This document shows positions 25,516-35,928 of a stretch of 64,000 nucleotides of DNA, one piece after another. This DNA comes from Lachnospiraceae bacterium (GTDB lineage Bacteria > Bacillota > Clostridia > Lachnospirales > Lachnospiraceae), in the NCBI GenBank assembly GCA_031263035.1, contig JAISGP010000142.1:14224-78223 (forward strand), read 5' to 3'. Numbering within the stretch: position 1 is the stretch's first letter; each line of letters opens with the position of its first letter. The notes under the pieces were generated by a model. It saw only the letters and a list, made by a program, of their open reading frames with translations, was not told the origin of the DNA and did no database searches. The position numbers and the translations under genes are program-made.

Positions 25516-27066
25516 ATGGATAAGGATGTAGTATTACACGCAGAAGCAATAGATAAAATATATCCTGGAACCAAGGCCTTAGATAATGTTTCTTATGATG
25601 TTATAAAGGGAAAAGTTAATGTTTTAATAGGAGAAAATGGTGCCGGAAAATCTACTTTAATGAAAATTATTGCCGGTATTGAGCAACCTTCTTCCGGAAA
25701 GCTTTATATGGGAGATGAAGAGATTTCCTTTAAAAATACTACTGAAGCTAGGGCACGTGGTATTGGAATAATTCATCAAGAGCTTAGTCTTTTTCCTAAT
25801 TTAACTGTGTATCAGAATATATTTATGGGTAGAGAGTGTACTAAAGGGTTTAAGATAGATAATAAAACTCATATTGCAGAAACTAAAAGGGTACTTGCTA
25901 AACTAGAACATATTATTAATCCAAATACCTTAGTTGGAGAACTAAGAGTTGGACAACAGCAGATGATTGAGATAGCAAGAAATTTTCTTCAAGATGATTT
26001 GAAAATATTAATTATGGATGAGCCTACTTCTTCTTTAAGTCAAAATGAAGTAAAGGTATTATTTAAGCTAATGCGAGAGTTTACTGATGCTGGAATTGCT
26101 ATTGTATACATATCTCACAGATTAGAAGAGATTATGGAAATAGGAGATAATGTTACAATTCTCCGAGATGGCAAATATGTGGCTTCAGGTGAAGTAAAGG
26201 ATATAAGTGTTCCTTGGATAGTTAAACAAATGGTAGGTTCGGAAAAGTCATATCCCAAAAGAGAAAGAGGAATAGATTGGGATAAACAAGAAACTGTACT
26301 TGAAGTAAAAGATTTAACTCTGCCTAAAAGTGGTGGAGGATACTTACTAAATAAAGTTAATTTTGATTTGAAAAAAGGTGAAATACTTGGAATATATGGA
26401 CTGATGGGTGCAGGAAGAACTGAAGTATTTGAGTGTTTAATGGGACTTCGACCTGAACATACAGGAACTATAATTAAAAATGGTAAGGAGCTTCAAATTA
26501 AAAACATTAATACTCAAATTGCAAATGGATTTGCAATGGTTCCGGAAGATAGACAAAGTGAAGGTTTAGTTCAAACTTTAAGTATAGGGAAAAACATTTC
26601 TTTGTCTAGTATTGATAAATATACAAAATTTGGTTTTCTAGATAAAAAAGCTGAAAATAATGCTGTAGACCAAGAAATAAAGGATATTATGATTAAAGTT
26701 GCAGATAAGAATTTGCCAATACTTTCTTTATCTGGAGGAAATCAGCAAAAGGTTGTAATAGCTAAAGGAGTACTTACTAATCCGGAGATTTTACTTTTAG
26801 ATGAACCAAGTAGAGGTATAGATATAGGAGCTAAAACTGAAGTTTTTGATATTATAAATCAGTATGCAGCCTTAGGTCTTTCAATAATAGTAATTTCTTC
26901 AGAATTAAAAGAGATTGTTTCTATAGCTGATAGAGTAATAGTTCTTTCAAATGGCATTAAAACTGGAGAGTTTAACCATGAAGAGATAAAGGAAGATGAA
27001 TTGGTTCTTTCATCATATAAAGGTCATAATGCAGTTGAAAAAGAAGAAGTAGAGGAGATGAGATAA
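25516..27066 (+). CDS. Sugar ABC transporter ATP-binding protein (tandem ABC domains, RbsA/MglA type)
   Basis: 516 aa with two ATPase cassettes (GENGAGKST and GLMGAGRTE; LSGGNQQKV). Confidence 0.92.
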   Translation: MDKDVVLHAEAIDKIYPGTKALDNVSYDVIKGKVNVLIGENGAGKSTLMKIIAGIEQPSSGKLYMGDEEISFKNTTEARARGIGIIHQELSLFPNLTVYQNIFMGRECTKGFKIDNKTHIAETKRVLAKLEHIINPNTLVGELRVGQQQMIEIARNFLQDDLKILIMDEPTSSLSQNEVKVLFKLMREFTDAGIAIVYISHRLEEIMEIGDNVTILRDGKYVASGEVKDISVPWIVKQMVGSEKSYPKRERGIDWDKQETVLEVKDLTLPKSGGGYLLNKVNFDLKKGEILGIYGLMGAGRTEVFECLMGLRPEHTGTIIKNGKELQIKNINTQIANGFAMVPEDRQSEGLVQTLSIGKNISLSSIDKYTKFGFLDKKAENNAVDQEIKDIMIKVADKNLPILSLSGGNQQKVVIAKGVLTNPEILLLDEPSRGIDIGAKTEVFDIINQYAALGLSIIVISSELKEIVSIADRVIVLSNGIKTGEFNHEEIKEDELVLSSYKGHNAVEKEEVEEMR

Positions 27067-28103
27067 TGTTAAAAAAACAAAAAAATATGAATTGGGTGAT
27101 GACTTTATTAAAAGGAAGAACTTTTTTAATTCTTGCAGTTCTTGTAGTATTTTTTAGTTTCGCCTCACCTAACTTTTTTACAATTAATACTGGACTTACA
27201 GTTGCTAAGCATGTGGCTCTTTATGGTATCATGGGTATTGGAATGACATTTGTTATTATTACCGGTGGAATTGATTTATCTGTTGGTGCAGTAGCTGGAT
27301 TTGCAGGAATGATTGCAGGAGGACTTATAAATGAAGGACTTAAGATAGGTTTTCTTGGAATTACAATATATTTTAGCGTACCTTGGGTTATTTTAATTTC
27401 AGCACTTTGCGGAGTGTTAATTGGCTGGTTAAATGGTATAATAATAACTAAATTTAGAGTTGCACCTTTTATTGCCACCTTAGGTACTATGAATGTGGCA
27501 AGAGGTCTTGCTAATCTTCGTTCAAACGGAGCAACTTTTTCAAATATTGTTGGTAAAAAACCTCTTGGAAATACAGGATTTGATATATTAGGACAAAGCT
27601 TTTTAGGTATTCCTGCAGGTGTAATTATTTTAATTATCATTGCTATAATTGCAGCAATATTACTTAAATCAACATCTTTTGGATGGCATATATTTGCAAT
27701 AGGCGGAAATGAAAAAGCAGCGAAACTTTCCGGAGTTAAGGTTGCTAAAGATACAACAATTGTTTATATGTTTTCAGGACTTTGTTCTGCTATTGTAGGA
27801 ATGATTGCAGCAGCACAGTTAGTTGCTTCCCATCCAGCTACAGGTGAAGGCTGGGAAATGAATGCAATCTCTGCAGCAGTTCTTGGCGGTACTTCTATGG
27901 CAGGTGGTATCGGTTCAGTTGGTGGAACAATTATTGGTGCTTTTATAATTGGTGTTATTAATGATGGTATGACTATGTGTGGTGTATCAGAGTTTTGGCA
28001 AAAGGTTATAAAGGGTATAGTTGTTATTGCGGCAGTTGTTGTAGACCAATTCCAAAGAAATCTTCAAGCTAAGATAGCACTTCAAGCTAGAAATGCACAG
28101 TAA
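27066..28103 (+). CDS. Sugar ABC transporter permease (RbsC/BPD type)
   Basis: 345 aa and polytopic, with an RbsC-like pattern (TGGIDLSVGA, GGNEKAAKLSG). Confidence 0.9.
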   Translation: MLKKQKNMNWVMTLLKGRTFLILAVLVVFFSFASPNFFTINTGLTVAKHVALYGIMGIGMTFVIITGGIDLSVGAVAGFAGMIAGGLINEGLKIGFLGITIYFSVPWVILISALCGVLIGWLNGIIITKFRVAPFIATLGTMNVARGLANLRSNGATFSNIVGKKPLGNTGFDILGQSFLGIPAGVIILIIIAIIAAILLKSTSFGWHIFAIGGNEKAAKLSGVKVAKDTTIVYMFSGLCSAIVGMIAAAQLVASHPATGEGWEMNAISAAVLGGTSMAGGIGSVGGTIIGAFIIGVINDGMTMCGVSEFWQKVIKGIVVIAAVVVDQFQRNLQAKIALQARNAQ

Positions 28104-28207
28104 ATAGTTTTGTATTTTTGAAAAACTTGAAGATTATAGTTTTAAATATCTGAAATATATAATTAATTCTATAAGGTTACAGTTATAGTAGAGAATGGAG
28201 TTTTTAT

Positions 28208-29092
28208 TTGAAAGTATTAAATTATGGTTCGTTAAATTATGATTATTTGTATACAGTAGATCATATTGTTGCTGAAGGTGAAACTGAAAGTTCAAAAAGA
28301 CTTAGTATTCATACTGGAGGAAAAGGATTAAATCAATCTATTGCCTTAGCAAAAGCAGGTGTTTTAGTCTATCATGGAGGAATGGTAGGAAGTGATGGTA
28401 ATGAATTACTAGACATTTGCGAAAAATATGGTGTTGATATTACTAATATAAAAATGGTGTCTGATAAAAGCGGTCATGCTATAATTCAGGTGGATGCAGA
28501 GGCTCATAATTGTATTTTGCTGTACGGAGGAGCTAATAGGCAGCAGACTAAAGAACATATTGATCAAGTTTTAGGCGGATTTTCTAAAGGAGATATATTG
28601 CTTCTTCAAAATGAAGTAAATGAACTGAAATATATTTTAGATATGGCTCATAGCATAGGTATGACTATAATTTTAAATCCTTCTCCTTATGATGAGGCAA
28701 TAGATGCTTGTGATTTGAATAAGGTAGATATTTTTATATTAAATGAAATTGAAGGACAGATGATGACTGGATATAATGAGCCAGAGGAGATACTTGCTAA
28801 GCTTCAAAGAAAATATCCTAAGGCAAAAGTTGTTTTGACTTTAGGAAAAAACGGTGCAATATATCAGGATGGTAATCAAAGGGTTAGTCAAAGTATTTTT
28901 AAGACGGACCCAGTTGATACAACAGCAGCAGGAGATACTTTTACAGGGTATTTTATTGCAGGGTATATAGAAGGATTAGCTGTTTCGGATAATCTAAAAA
29001 GAAGTGCTATGGCTTCTAGTATTACAGTCTCTAGATGGGGTGCAGCAGGGTCAATACCTACTAAAGAAGAGTTAGAAGCTTTTAGGTTTTAA
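28208..29092 (+). CDS. PfkB-family sugar kinase, ribokinase-like
   Basis: GGKGLNQS and DTTAAGDTFTG motifs. The start is TTG. Confidence 0.8.
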   Translation: MKVLNYGSLNYDYLYTVDHIVAEGETESSKRLSIHTGGKGLNQSIALAKAGVLVYHGGMVGSDGNELLDICEKYGVDITNIKMVSDKSGHAIIQVDAEAHNCILLYGGANRQQTKEHIDQVLGGFSKGDILLLQNEVNELKYILDMAHSIGMTIILNPSPYDEAIDACDLNKVDIFILNEIEGQMMTGYNEPEEILAKLQRKYPKAKVVLTLGKNGAIYQDGNQRVSQSIFKTDPVDTTAAGDTFTGYFIAGYIEGLAVSDNLKRSAMASSITVSRWGAAGSIPTKEELEAFRF

Positions 29093-29665
29093 GGGTTTCA
29101 TAATTTAAATCTTTTATAAAAACAGAAATTATTATAAAAAGAGTTAGAAAGCATATTTACTAATAAGATAAAAAGATTTAGAAAATATATTGAATTATAT
29201 TAAGCATATAGTTAAAAGTAACTTCCATTATTTTAGGTTTTACCATTAAGTAATGGAGGTTATTTTTATGCTTGACAGTTTTTGCTCAAATTAATTAGGA
29301 AAATTTAAAAAAGAAATTTAATTCCATTATGCTTTTCATCTGAGGATTTTAATTGAAATTTCTTTCATTATTTATAATTTGACTTTTGAACAAATAAACA
29401 AAAAATGACCTTTATTTTATAGCCAAAACATGATATTCTTCATTGGTGTCTAATAAAACAGGTATTTGCTAATAAATAATATTTAGAAGTTTTATTATCT
29501 TAATGTTATCTAATACACAATTATAACAAATAAGTTGTTTTAGTTAAGAATTTATAATCATTTTGGAAAATATGTTTATAATAAAATTATTTTTTCACAA
29601 CATATACACCATATTAAGGTGTTAATATGGACTACTTTGAAGTAGAATTTGCAAAAGGAGGAAAA

Positions 29666-29797
29666 ATGAAAAATAAAAAAGATATTTTGATATTTATCGG
29701 AAAGACATTGTTTTTCACTGTTGTAATCCTTGGATTATTATATTTGTATCATTACACAAGTTCAACAGGTGGAGGATTTATATATAACGAGTTTTAA
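29666..29797 (+). CDS. dltX: DltX, small membrane protein of the D-alanylation operon (below the ORF-track cutoff)
   Basis: 43 aa: MKNKKDILIFIGKTLFFTVVILGLLYLYHYTSSTGGGFIYNEF. It has one TM helix and the conserved C-terminal FxYN(Q/E)F motif. AAAGGAGGA precedes the start. It lies upstream of dltA. Confidence 0.75.
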   Translation: MKNKKDILIFIGKTLFFTVVILGLLYLYHYTSSTGGGFIYNEF

Positions 29798-29920
29798 TTA
29801 GAGATATTGATTAATTTTTATGAAATAAAAGGGAACATATAAGTAGTAAAACTACTTGCAGATATTTTTTAGAGAGTTAATAGAGAATTTGAAATATATT
29901 ACAAGTTTGGGGACTTATAG

Positions 29921-31438
29921 ATGAGTATTATAAAAAGATTAGAAGAGATAGTAAAACAAAAAGGCGAAGTAATTGCCTTTATTGATAAAGATAAAGAATG
30001 GACTTTTAAGAAGTTATGGAGTGACAGTCAGGAGATTAGAAAGAAAATTTCAAATGTACCAGAAGGACCAATTCTTGTCTATGGTGCAAATGACTATAGA
30101 ATGTTAACAGGCTTTATTGGAACAAGTATGGCAGGACATCCATACGTACCAATGGACTCTCATTCTCCATTTGAGAGAGTGAAGATGGTTATAGAAGCCT
30201 GTAACCCAAGTGCAATTATTATTACTCAAGAGGAAGATAGAGAAGAATATCTGAATCTATTTGATGATAATAATTCTTTTTATTTACAGGATTTTGACTT
30301 TAATGTTAATCATGAAAAGGCTAATTTATCAAAAGAAGTAGTAGGTGATGAAACCTATTATATTATATATACTTCCGGAACCACAGGAGTTCCTAAGGGG
30401 GTTGCTGTAAGTCACAACAACCTTGAAACATTTTCAGATTGGATGATAGATGATTTTGATGAAATAGATGATAATAAAGTTTTATCTCAAGCACCTTATG
30501 TATTTGACCTTTCTATTTTTAGCTTATATCCAACTCTTTTAAGAGGGGGAACCATTGTAAGTTTATCTAAAGAAGAGATTTCCAATTTTAAATTACTATT
30601 TGAGAGACTTAATAGTTCAGAAATCAACACATGGGTAAGTACTCCAAGTTTTGTGGATATTTGTCTTTTAGATCCAAGCTTTACGGCTGCTAATCATTCA
30701 GGGTTAAAGCAGTTTATTTTCTGCGGAGAAAAATTAGAAGCTAGTACTGCTAAAAAGCTTTTAGATAAATTTCCGGAAGCTTCTGTATGGAATACTTATG
30801 GTCCTACTGAAGCAACAGGTGCTATAAGTAGTGTTAAGATTACTGATGATATAGTGAAAAATTACGATAATCTTCCTATTGGTAAGGCTAAAAGTGGCGT
30901 GGAGATTAGAATACAAGATACCGATACAAAGGAATTTGTAGAAGATGGTAATTCTGGAGAAATCATTATAGTTGGTAATTCTGTTGCCAATGGTTACTAT
31001 AAAAATGAAGAGAAAACTCATGAAGCCTTTTTCACTATTGACGGTACAAGAGCATATCATACTGGAGATGCTGGATTTATAGATGAAGACGGACAATTAA
31101 ATTACGTAGGACGTATTGATTTTCAGATTAAACTTAATGGATTTAGAATTGAGTTAGGGGATATTGAGAACAATCTTGCAGCAATAGATGAAGTAGACAA
31201 GGCAGTTGTACTACCAAAGACTAATAAAGGCAATAAAGTAACAGGTCTTGTGGCAGTTATTTCAGCAGAATGTGATGAAGACGAGAAAACTTTTACTAAA
31301 TATATTAAAAAAGAACTGTCTAAACGAGTAACAGATTATATGATTCCATCAAAGTATGTATATATGGATACTTTTCCTTTAAATCAAAATGGAAAGATTG
31401 ACAGAAAGAAAATTAAGGAAGAGGTGCTAGGATTATGA
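29921..31438 (+). CDS. dltA: D-alanine--D-alanyl carrier protein ligase
   Basis: Adenylation-domain motifs YIIYTSGTTGVPKG and YHTGD. Operon context with dltB/C/D. Confidence 0.92.
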   Translation: MSIIKRLEEIVKQKGEVIAFIDKDKEWTFKKLWSDSQEIRKKISNVPEGPILVYGANDYRMLTGFIGTSMAGHPYVPMDSHSPFERVKMVIEACNPSAIIITQEEDREEYLNLFDDNNSFYLQDFDFNVNHEKANLSKEVVGDETYYIIYTSGTTGVPKGVAVSHNNLETFSDWMIDDFDEIDDNKVLSQAPYVFDLSIFSLYPTLLRGGTIVSLSKEEISNFKLLFERLNSSEINTWVSTPSFVDICLLDPSFTAANHSGLKQFIFCGEKLEASTAKKLLDKFPEASVWNTYGPTEATGAISSVKITDDIVKNYDNLPIGKAKSGVEIRIQDTDTKEFVEDGNSGEIIIVGNSVANGYYKNEEKTHEAFFTIDGTRAYHTGDAGFIDEDGQLNYVGRIDFQIKLNGFRIELGDIENNLAAIDEVDKAVVLPKTNKGNKVTGLVAVISAECDEDEKTFTKYIKKELSKRVTDYMIPSKYVYMDTFPLNQNGKIDRKKIKEEVLGL

Positions 31439-32649
31439 TACCTTATGAAAGTCCAAGATATTTTATACCCCTAATTGTAGCCATTATTCCATTAATTATA
31501 GCTCACCTTAAAGGCAAAAAATGGATGGGCTATCAGGCAGTTTTTACATTTGCATTTTTATGGCTTACCTTTGGCGGACCTAATATAAGAAGTGGAATAG
31601 CATTATTATGTTATGGAGTGTGGCAGGTACTTATCGTAAAAGGATACGAGTACTATCGCATTACCCTAAAGAAAAACACCACACATATTTTTATTATAAG
31701 CATTTTATTATCTTTAGTTCCATTGTTTTGCGTAAAGTTAACTCCATTTATTATTCATAAACCTTCCCTATTTGGTTTTCTAGGAATAAGTTATCTTACA
31801 TTTAAGTCTATAAATGTTATTATGGAGATTAGAGATGGAGCACTTAAAGAAGTAAAATTATTACATTTTATATACTTTATGTATTTCTTCCCTACTATTT
31901 CAAGTGGACCTATTGATAGATATAGAAGATTTGCAAATGATATGGATGAAAGCTTTGCAAATAAAGACTATATTAATATGTTAGGTAAAGGTTTTACCTG
32001 CATATTCATAGGTTTATTTTACAAATTTATTGTAGGATATTTAATTGATATTTATGCCCTTCATCCATTTGCAATAGAAGCTACTAAATATCCAGTTATT
32101 TTTAACTTATTAAAGGTTATGTACAGTTATGGATTGTATCTATTCTTTGATTTTGCCGGTTATTCTATGTTTGCAGTAGGGGTAAGTTACATAATGGGAT
32201 ATGAAATCCCTAAGAACTTTAATTTGCCATTTATTTCTAAAAACATAAAAGATTTTTGGAATCGTTGGCATATGAGTTTGAGTTTTTGGTTTAGGGATTT
32301 TGTATACATGAGGCTTGTATACTTTATTGTTAAGAAAAGAGTAATTAAAAATAGGAATGTAATAAGTAATATTTCTTATTTTGGATTATTTCTTTTAATG
32401 GGAGCATGGCATGGATTAACATGGTATTATCTAGCCTATGGTGCTTATCATGCAGTTTTAATGTGTGTTACAGATGCATGGATTAGATGGAAGAAAAAGC
32501 ATAAAGGTTTAGTTCCTACGGGAAAAGCCATTGATGTAATTAATATTGTTCTTACTTTCCATGCAGTAATGTTTAGTTTCTTGATTTTTTCAGGAATTTT
32601 TGATTTTATTATAAAATATCCGGTGACTAAAATACTGCCTAGTTGGTAG
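31435..32649 (+). CDS. dltB: D-alanyl-lipoteichoic acid biosynthesis protein DltB (MBOAT)
   Basis: Polytopic, with the MBOAT region FWNRWHMSLSFWFRDFVY and the later AWHG motif. Confidence 0.92.
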   Translation: MIPYESPRYFIPLIVAIIPLIIAHLKGKKWMGYQAVFTFAFLWLTFGGPNIRSGIALLCYGVWQVLIVKGYEYYRITLKKNTTHIFIISILLSLVPLFCVKLTPFIIHKPSLFGFLGISYLTFKSINVIMEIRDGALKEVKLLHFIYFMYFFPTISSGPIDRYRRFANDMDESFANKDYINMLGKGFTCIFIGLFYKFIVGYLIDIYALHPFAIEATKYPVIFNLLKVMYSYGLYLFFDFAGYSMFAVGVSYIMGYEIPKNFNLPFISKNIKDFWNRWHMSLSFWFRDFVYMRLVYFIVKKRVIKNRNVISNISYFGLFLLMGAWHGLTWYYLAYGAYHAVLMCVTDAWIRWKKKHKGLVPTGKAIDVINIVLTFHAVMFSFLIFSGIFDFIIKYPVTKILPSW

Positions 32650-32682
32650 GATATTTACTTATATAAAGGAATGAGGTTTAAC

Positions 32683-32781
32683 ATGTTTAAAGGTTATATT
32701 AAGTTTAAAATTACTATGATTATAATATCAGTAATTGTACTTATAGGAGTTGTAGGAGCAACATTAATTTTTGGTATATAG
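32683..32781 (+). CDS. Unannotated 32-aa single-TM micro-ORF between dltB and dltC
   Basis: MFKGYIKFKITMIIISVIVLIGVVGATLIFGI. GAGGT lies 5 nt upstream. The ORF neatly fills the dltB-dltC gap. Confidence 0.45.
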   Translation: MFKGYIKFKITMIIISVIVLIGVVGATLIFGI

Positions 32782-32796
32782 AAGGGAGAGCGTATA

Positions 32797-33033
32797 ATGA
32801 AAGAAAGAGTTTTTGATGTAATTGAAAGAGTTTCCGGTATGGATGATTTCCGTGAAGATGAAAATATGGATCTTTTTGAAGCCGGTATTTTAGATTCAAT
32901 GGGAGCAATTATGTTAATCGTTGATCTTGAAGAGGAATTTGGGGTTTCTCTTCCTCCATCTGAAATGGATAGAGAAGATTGGAATACAGCTGCCAAAATA
33001 GTAGATCGCATTGAGGAAAAGGTTAATGAATAA
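32797..33033 (+). CDS. dltC: D-alanyl carrier protein
   Basis: 78 aa with the phosphopantetheine attachment motif LDSMG. Confidence 0.93.
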   Translation: MKERVFDVIERVSGMDDFREDENMDLFEAGILDSMGAIMLIVDLEEEFGVSLPPSEMDREDWNTAAKIVDRIEEKVNE

Positions 33034-34330
33034 AAAGAAATTATGGAAAGCAATAGGACCTGTCATTTGTGCAATGATACTTGTCCTAGTTTTACTTGTA
33101 TCTCCATTAAATTATGTGAAACGTTATTCAAAAAAAGAATTAGATACATATGCCGCTAGTCAGTCTCTTCAAGTATTTTTAGGAACACCAATTAAAAGTC
33201 AGGCATTTGCAAATAAAAAATATTTGCCTATTATGGGATCAAGCGAATTAAGTCGTTTTGATTCATTTCATCCAAGTGTAATTGCAAAAAAATACAATAG
33301 GGACTACACACCATTTTTAATTGGTACTGCCGGAACCCAAAGTTTAACACATTATTTTTACTTAAATTCTATTGAAAAAGAAATGAAAAATAGAAAAATA
33401 GTATTTATTATTAGTCCACAATGGTTTATTCGCAAATATGATAGAAAAACCAAAACTATAACCAGAGATGGAATAGATAAATACGCATTTTATCAGTTCG
33501 TTTCTTCAGAAGATATTTGCAAATGGGCATTAAGTGCTGATCCTAAATTAGAGACTACGAAGGTTACAGCTAAAAGGCTTTTATCTTTTCCTAGTATTGA
33601 TGATTCAGAGTTTAAACGTCCAATATTAGAAAGTCTTGCAAATGGTCAAAAACCCGGTGGTCTTACAAAAGCTATTATGGATGTACAATTTCAAATATAT
33701 AGTGGAGAAGATAGGTTTTATTCAAAATTTAGTAAGCCTATTGTTGGCAGAAAGTTTAAGAAAAAGGAAAGAGTTCTTCCTAATATCTACAATGCTCAGC
33801 TATTAAAAGAAATAGCAGAAGAAGAAGGCAAAAGAGAATCAAGAAATAATAACTTTGATATAAATAATACATTTTATAATTTGAAAATTAGACCTAAGTT
33901 TTCTAAATTAAAAGGTGCATTTAGAAGAACTAGTTATTTGACTAGTGCCGAGTATACAGATTTTCAACTTCTATTAAATGAATTTGCTAAATTAAATGAT
34001 GATGTTATGTTTGTAATTCCTCCTGTTAATACTAAGTGGACAAAATACACTGGTCTTAGAAAGGATATGCTTCAGACTTTTTCTAAGAAGATTACAGAGC
34101 AACTTAGAAGTCAAGGATTTAATAACATTGTTGATTATACAGATAAAGGTGGTGTGCCTTATTTCCTAAATGATACAATTCATATTGGAAAAGTTGGTTG
34201 GATTACCTTTGACGGAGATCTTCAGAACTTCTTAAATAGAAATGATAAACATACATATAAAATAAATAATAAAAAATACCTAACTAAAGAATGGGCAATT
34301 GATACTTATGGTTATGGTAAAAAGAAGTAA
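33026..34330 (+). CDS. dltD: D-alanyl-lipoteichoic acid biosynthesis protein DltD
   Basis: N-terminal TM anchor and the SGNH-like GSSE motif (LPIMGSSELS). The ATG at 33026 overlaps the dltC stop (a TTG at 33011 is also possible). Confidence 0.88.
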   Translation: MNKKKLWKAIGPVICAMILVLVLLVSPLNYVKRYSKKELDTYAASQSLQVFLGTPIKSQAFANKKYLPIMGSSELSRFDSFHPSVIAKKYNRDYTPFLIGTAGTQSLTHYFYLNSIEKEMKNRKIVFIISPQWFIRKYDRKTKTITRDGIDKYAFYQFVSSEDICKWALSADPKLETTKVTAKRLLSFPSIDDSEFKRPILESLANGQKPGGLTKAIMDVQFQIYSGEDRFYSKFSKPIVGRKFKKKERVLPNIYNAQLLKEIAEEEGKRESRNNNFDINNTFYNLKIRPKFSKLKGAFRRTSYLTSAEYTDFQLLLNEFAKLNDDVMFVIPPVNTKWTKYTGLRKDMLQTFSKKITEQLRSQGFNNIVDYTDKGGVPYFLNDTIHIGKVGWITFDGDLQNFLNRNDKHTYKINNKKYLTKEWAIDTYGYGKKK

Positions 34331-34350
34331 TTAAATAAGATAAAAAGAAG

Positions 34351-34391
34351 CTGACCTTAGATGTTAAATAGCATTTTAAGGTCAGTTTTTT
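34351..34391 (+). terminator. Intrinsic terminator after dltD (also faces convergent gdh)
   Basis: Stem CTGACCTTA / TAAGGTCAG followed by T6. Confidence 0.7.
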
Positions 34392-34531
34392 AGCGGATAT
34401 AGGTTATTAATATATGAGTATATGTAAAGTTATATTAAAAATATATTGTTTTAAAAATGAAAAAAGCCGCAGATAAATATCTACAGCTTTTAGGGATGTA
34501 TACGAATGTAAAATCATAAGGGGTTTTGATT

Positions 34532-35794
34532 TTACGGGAAGATGCCTCTGATTTTTTTTGCTTCAACAAGTTTCTTAAGTGCAACACAGTATGCTGCATT
34601 TCTATAAGTGATTTTATGTTCATCTTGAAAATTAAAAACAGTATTAAAGGCACTTACCATTACGTGGCTTAATCTATTATTAACTTCCTCTTCATCCCAG
34701 AATAGAGATTGAAGATTTTGAGCCCACTCAAAATATGAAACAACTACACCACCTGCATTTGCAAGTATATCAGGAATAAGTGTAATGCCTCTTTCTTCTA
34801 AGATTCTATCAGCTTGGCTAGTAGTTGGACCATTTGCAGCTTCAACAATTAAAGAAGCATTTATTTTATTTGCATTATCCTCTGTGATTTGATTTTCAAG
34901 GGCAGCTGGGATAAGCACATCAGTTTTTAATTCTAATAATTCTTCATTTGAAATATATGTAATGCCTTCATCTTTATAATTTTTAAGAAGGTTTCCGTGA
35001 GTTTTAAGGTAATCTAAGATTTTAGGAATATTAAGTCCCTTAGGGTTGTAAATACCACAAGAAACGTCACTTACAGCTATTACTTTCATACCCATTTTAG
35101 AAAGGTATTTTGCTGTTATAGAGCCTACGTTACCCATACCTTGTATTGTTACACTGGATGTTTTCATATCCATATTCATTTTATTCATGATTTCTCTGGT
35201 GATTATAGCTACTCCACGTCCAGTAGCATCACCTCTTCCTAGAGAGCCACCAATATCAATAGGTTTACCTGTTACTACGCCTGGAACTGCATGACCTTTT
35301 AACATACTGTATGTATCCATAATCCAGCCCATTACTTCACCGTTTGTGTTAACATCTGGAGCTGGAATATCTTGTTCCGGTCCAATAAGAGGTGCAATCA
35401 TTGCTGTATATCTACGTGTAAGTCTTTGAAGTTCTGCACAGGATAATTCATCTGGATTGACTTTTACGCCTCCTTTAGCACCACCATAAGGGATACCTAC
35501 AACAGCACATTTAAATGTCATCCAAGCTGCTAGTGCTTTAACCTCATTTTCATCTACATTCTGGTGAAATCTTATACCACCTTTACATGGACCTCTTGAG
35601 CTTGAATGTTGGATTCTATATCCTTCAAACATTTTAACAGTTCCATTATCCATTCTTACTGGAAATGATACTTTTAGTTCTCTTTCTGGGTACATTGTTG
35701 CAGCATAATCGCTTTCTTCTAATCCTAAAACAGATGCGGCACTTTTTATTGTGTTTATTACATTTGTATAAGGGTTATATGCTTCTCTTGCCAT
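34532..35794 (-). CDS. gdhA: Glutamate dehydrogenase (Glu/Leu/Phe/Val dehydrogenase family)
   Basis: 420 aa with the catalytic motif region CKGGIRFH...GIPYGGAKGG and the Rossmann motif QGMGNVG. Confidence 0.9.
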   Translation of the reverse strand: MAREAYNPYTNVINTIKSAASVLGLEESDYAATMYPERELKVSFPVRMDNGTVKMFEGYRIQHSSSRGPCKGGIRFHQNVDENEVKALAAWMTFKCAVVGIPYGGAKGGVKVNPDELSCAELQRLTRRYTAMIAPLIGPEQDIPAPDVNTNGEVMGWIMDTYSMLKGHAVPGVVTGKPIDIGGSLGRGDATGRGVAIITREIMNKMNMDMKTSSVTIQGMGNVGSITAKYLSKMGMKVIAVSDVSCGIYNPKGLNIPKILDYLKTHGNLLKNYKDEGITYISNEELLELKTDVLIPAALENQITEDNANKINASLIVEAANGPTTSQADRILEERGITLIPDILANAGGVVVSYFEWAQNLQSLFWDEEEVNNRLSHVMVSAFNTVFNFQDEHKITYRNAAYCVALKKLVEAKKIRGIFP

Positions 35795-35928
35795 TTGAAA
35801 TACTTCCTTTCTGTCTTTGATTTTAGTAACAAATCATTATTTCATTGACTAATGAGAAGTATAGAACTATAATTTGATAGAATCAAATATAAATAAAGTT
35901 ACAAATGTTATTTATTGGGAGTTATATC

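Noticed and set aside
17598-29268. The shared 13-mer AAAAGTAACTTCC at the 5' arm of two distant terminator hairpins (17597 and ~29213), as evidence for a repeat family.
   Set aside because: There are only two copies in 64 kb and the remainder of the hairpins differs. That is insufficient to distinguish the match from chance or convergent terminator composition.
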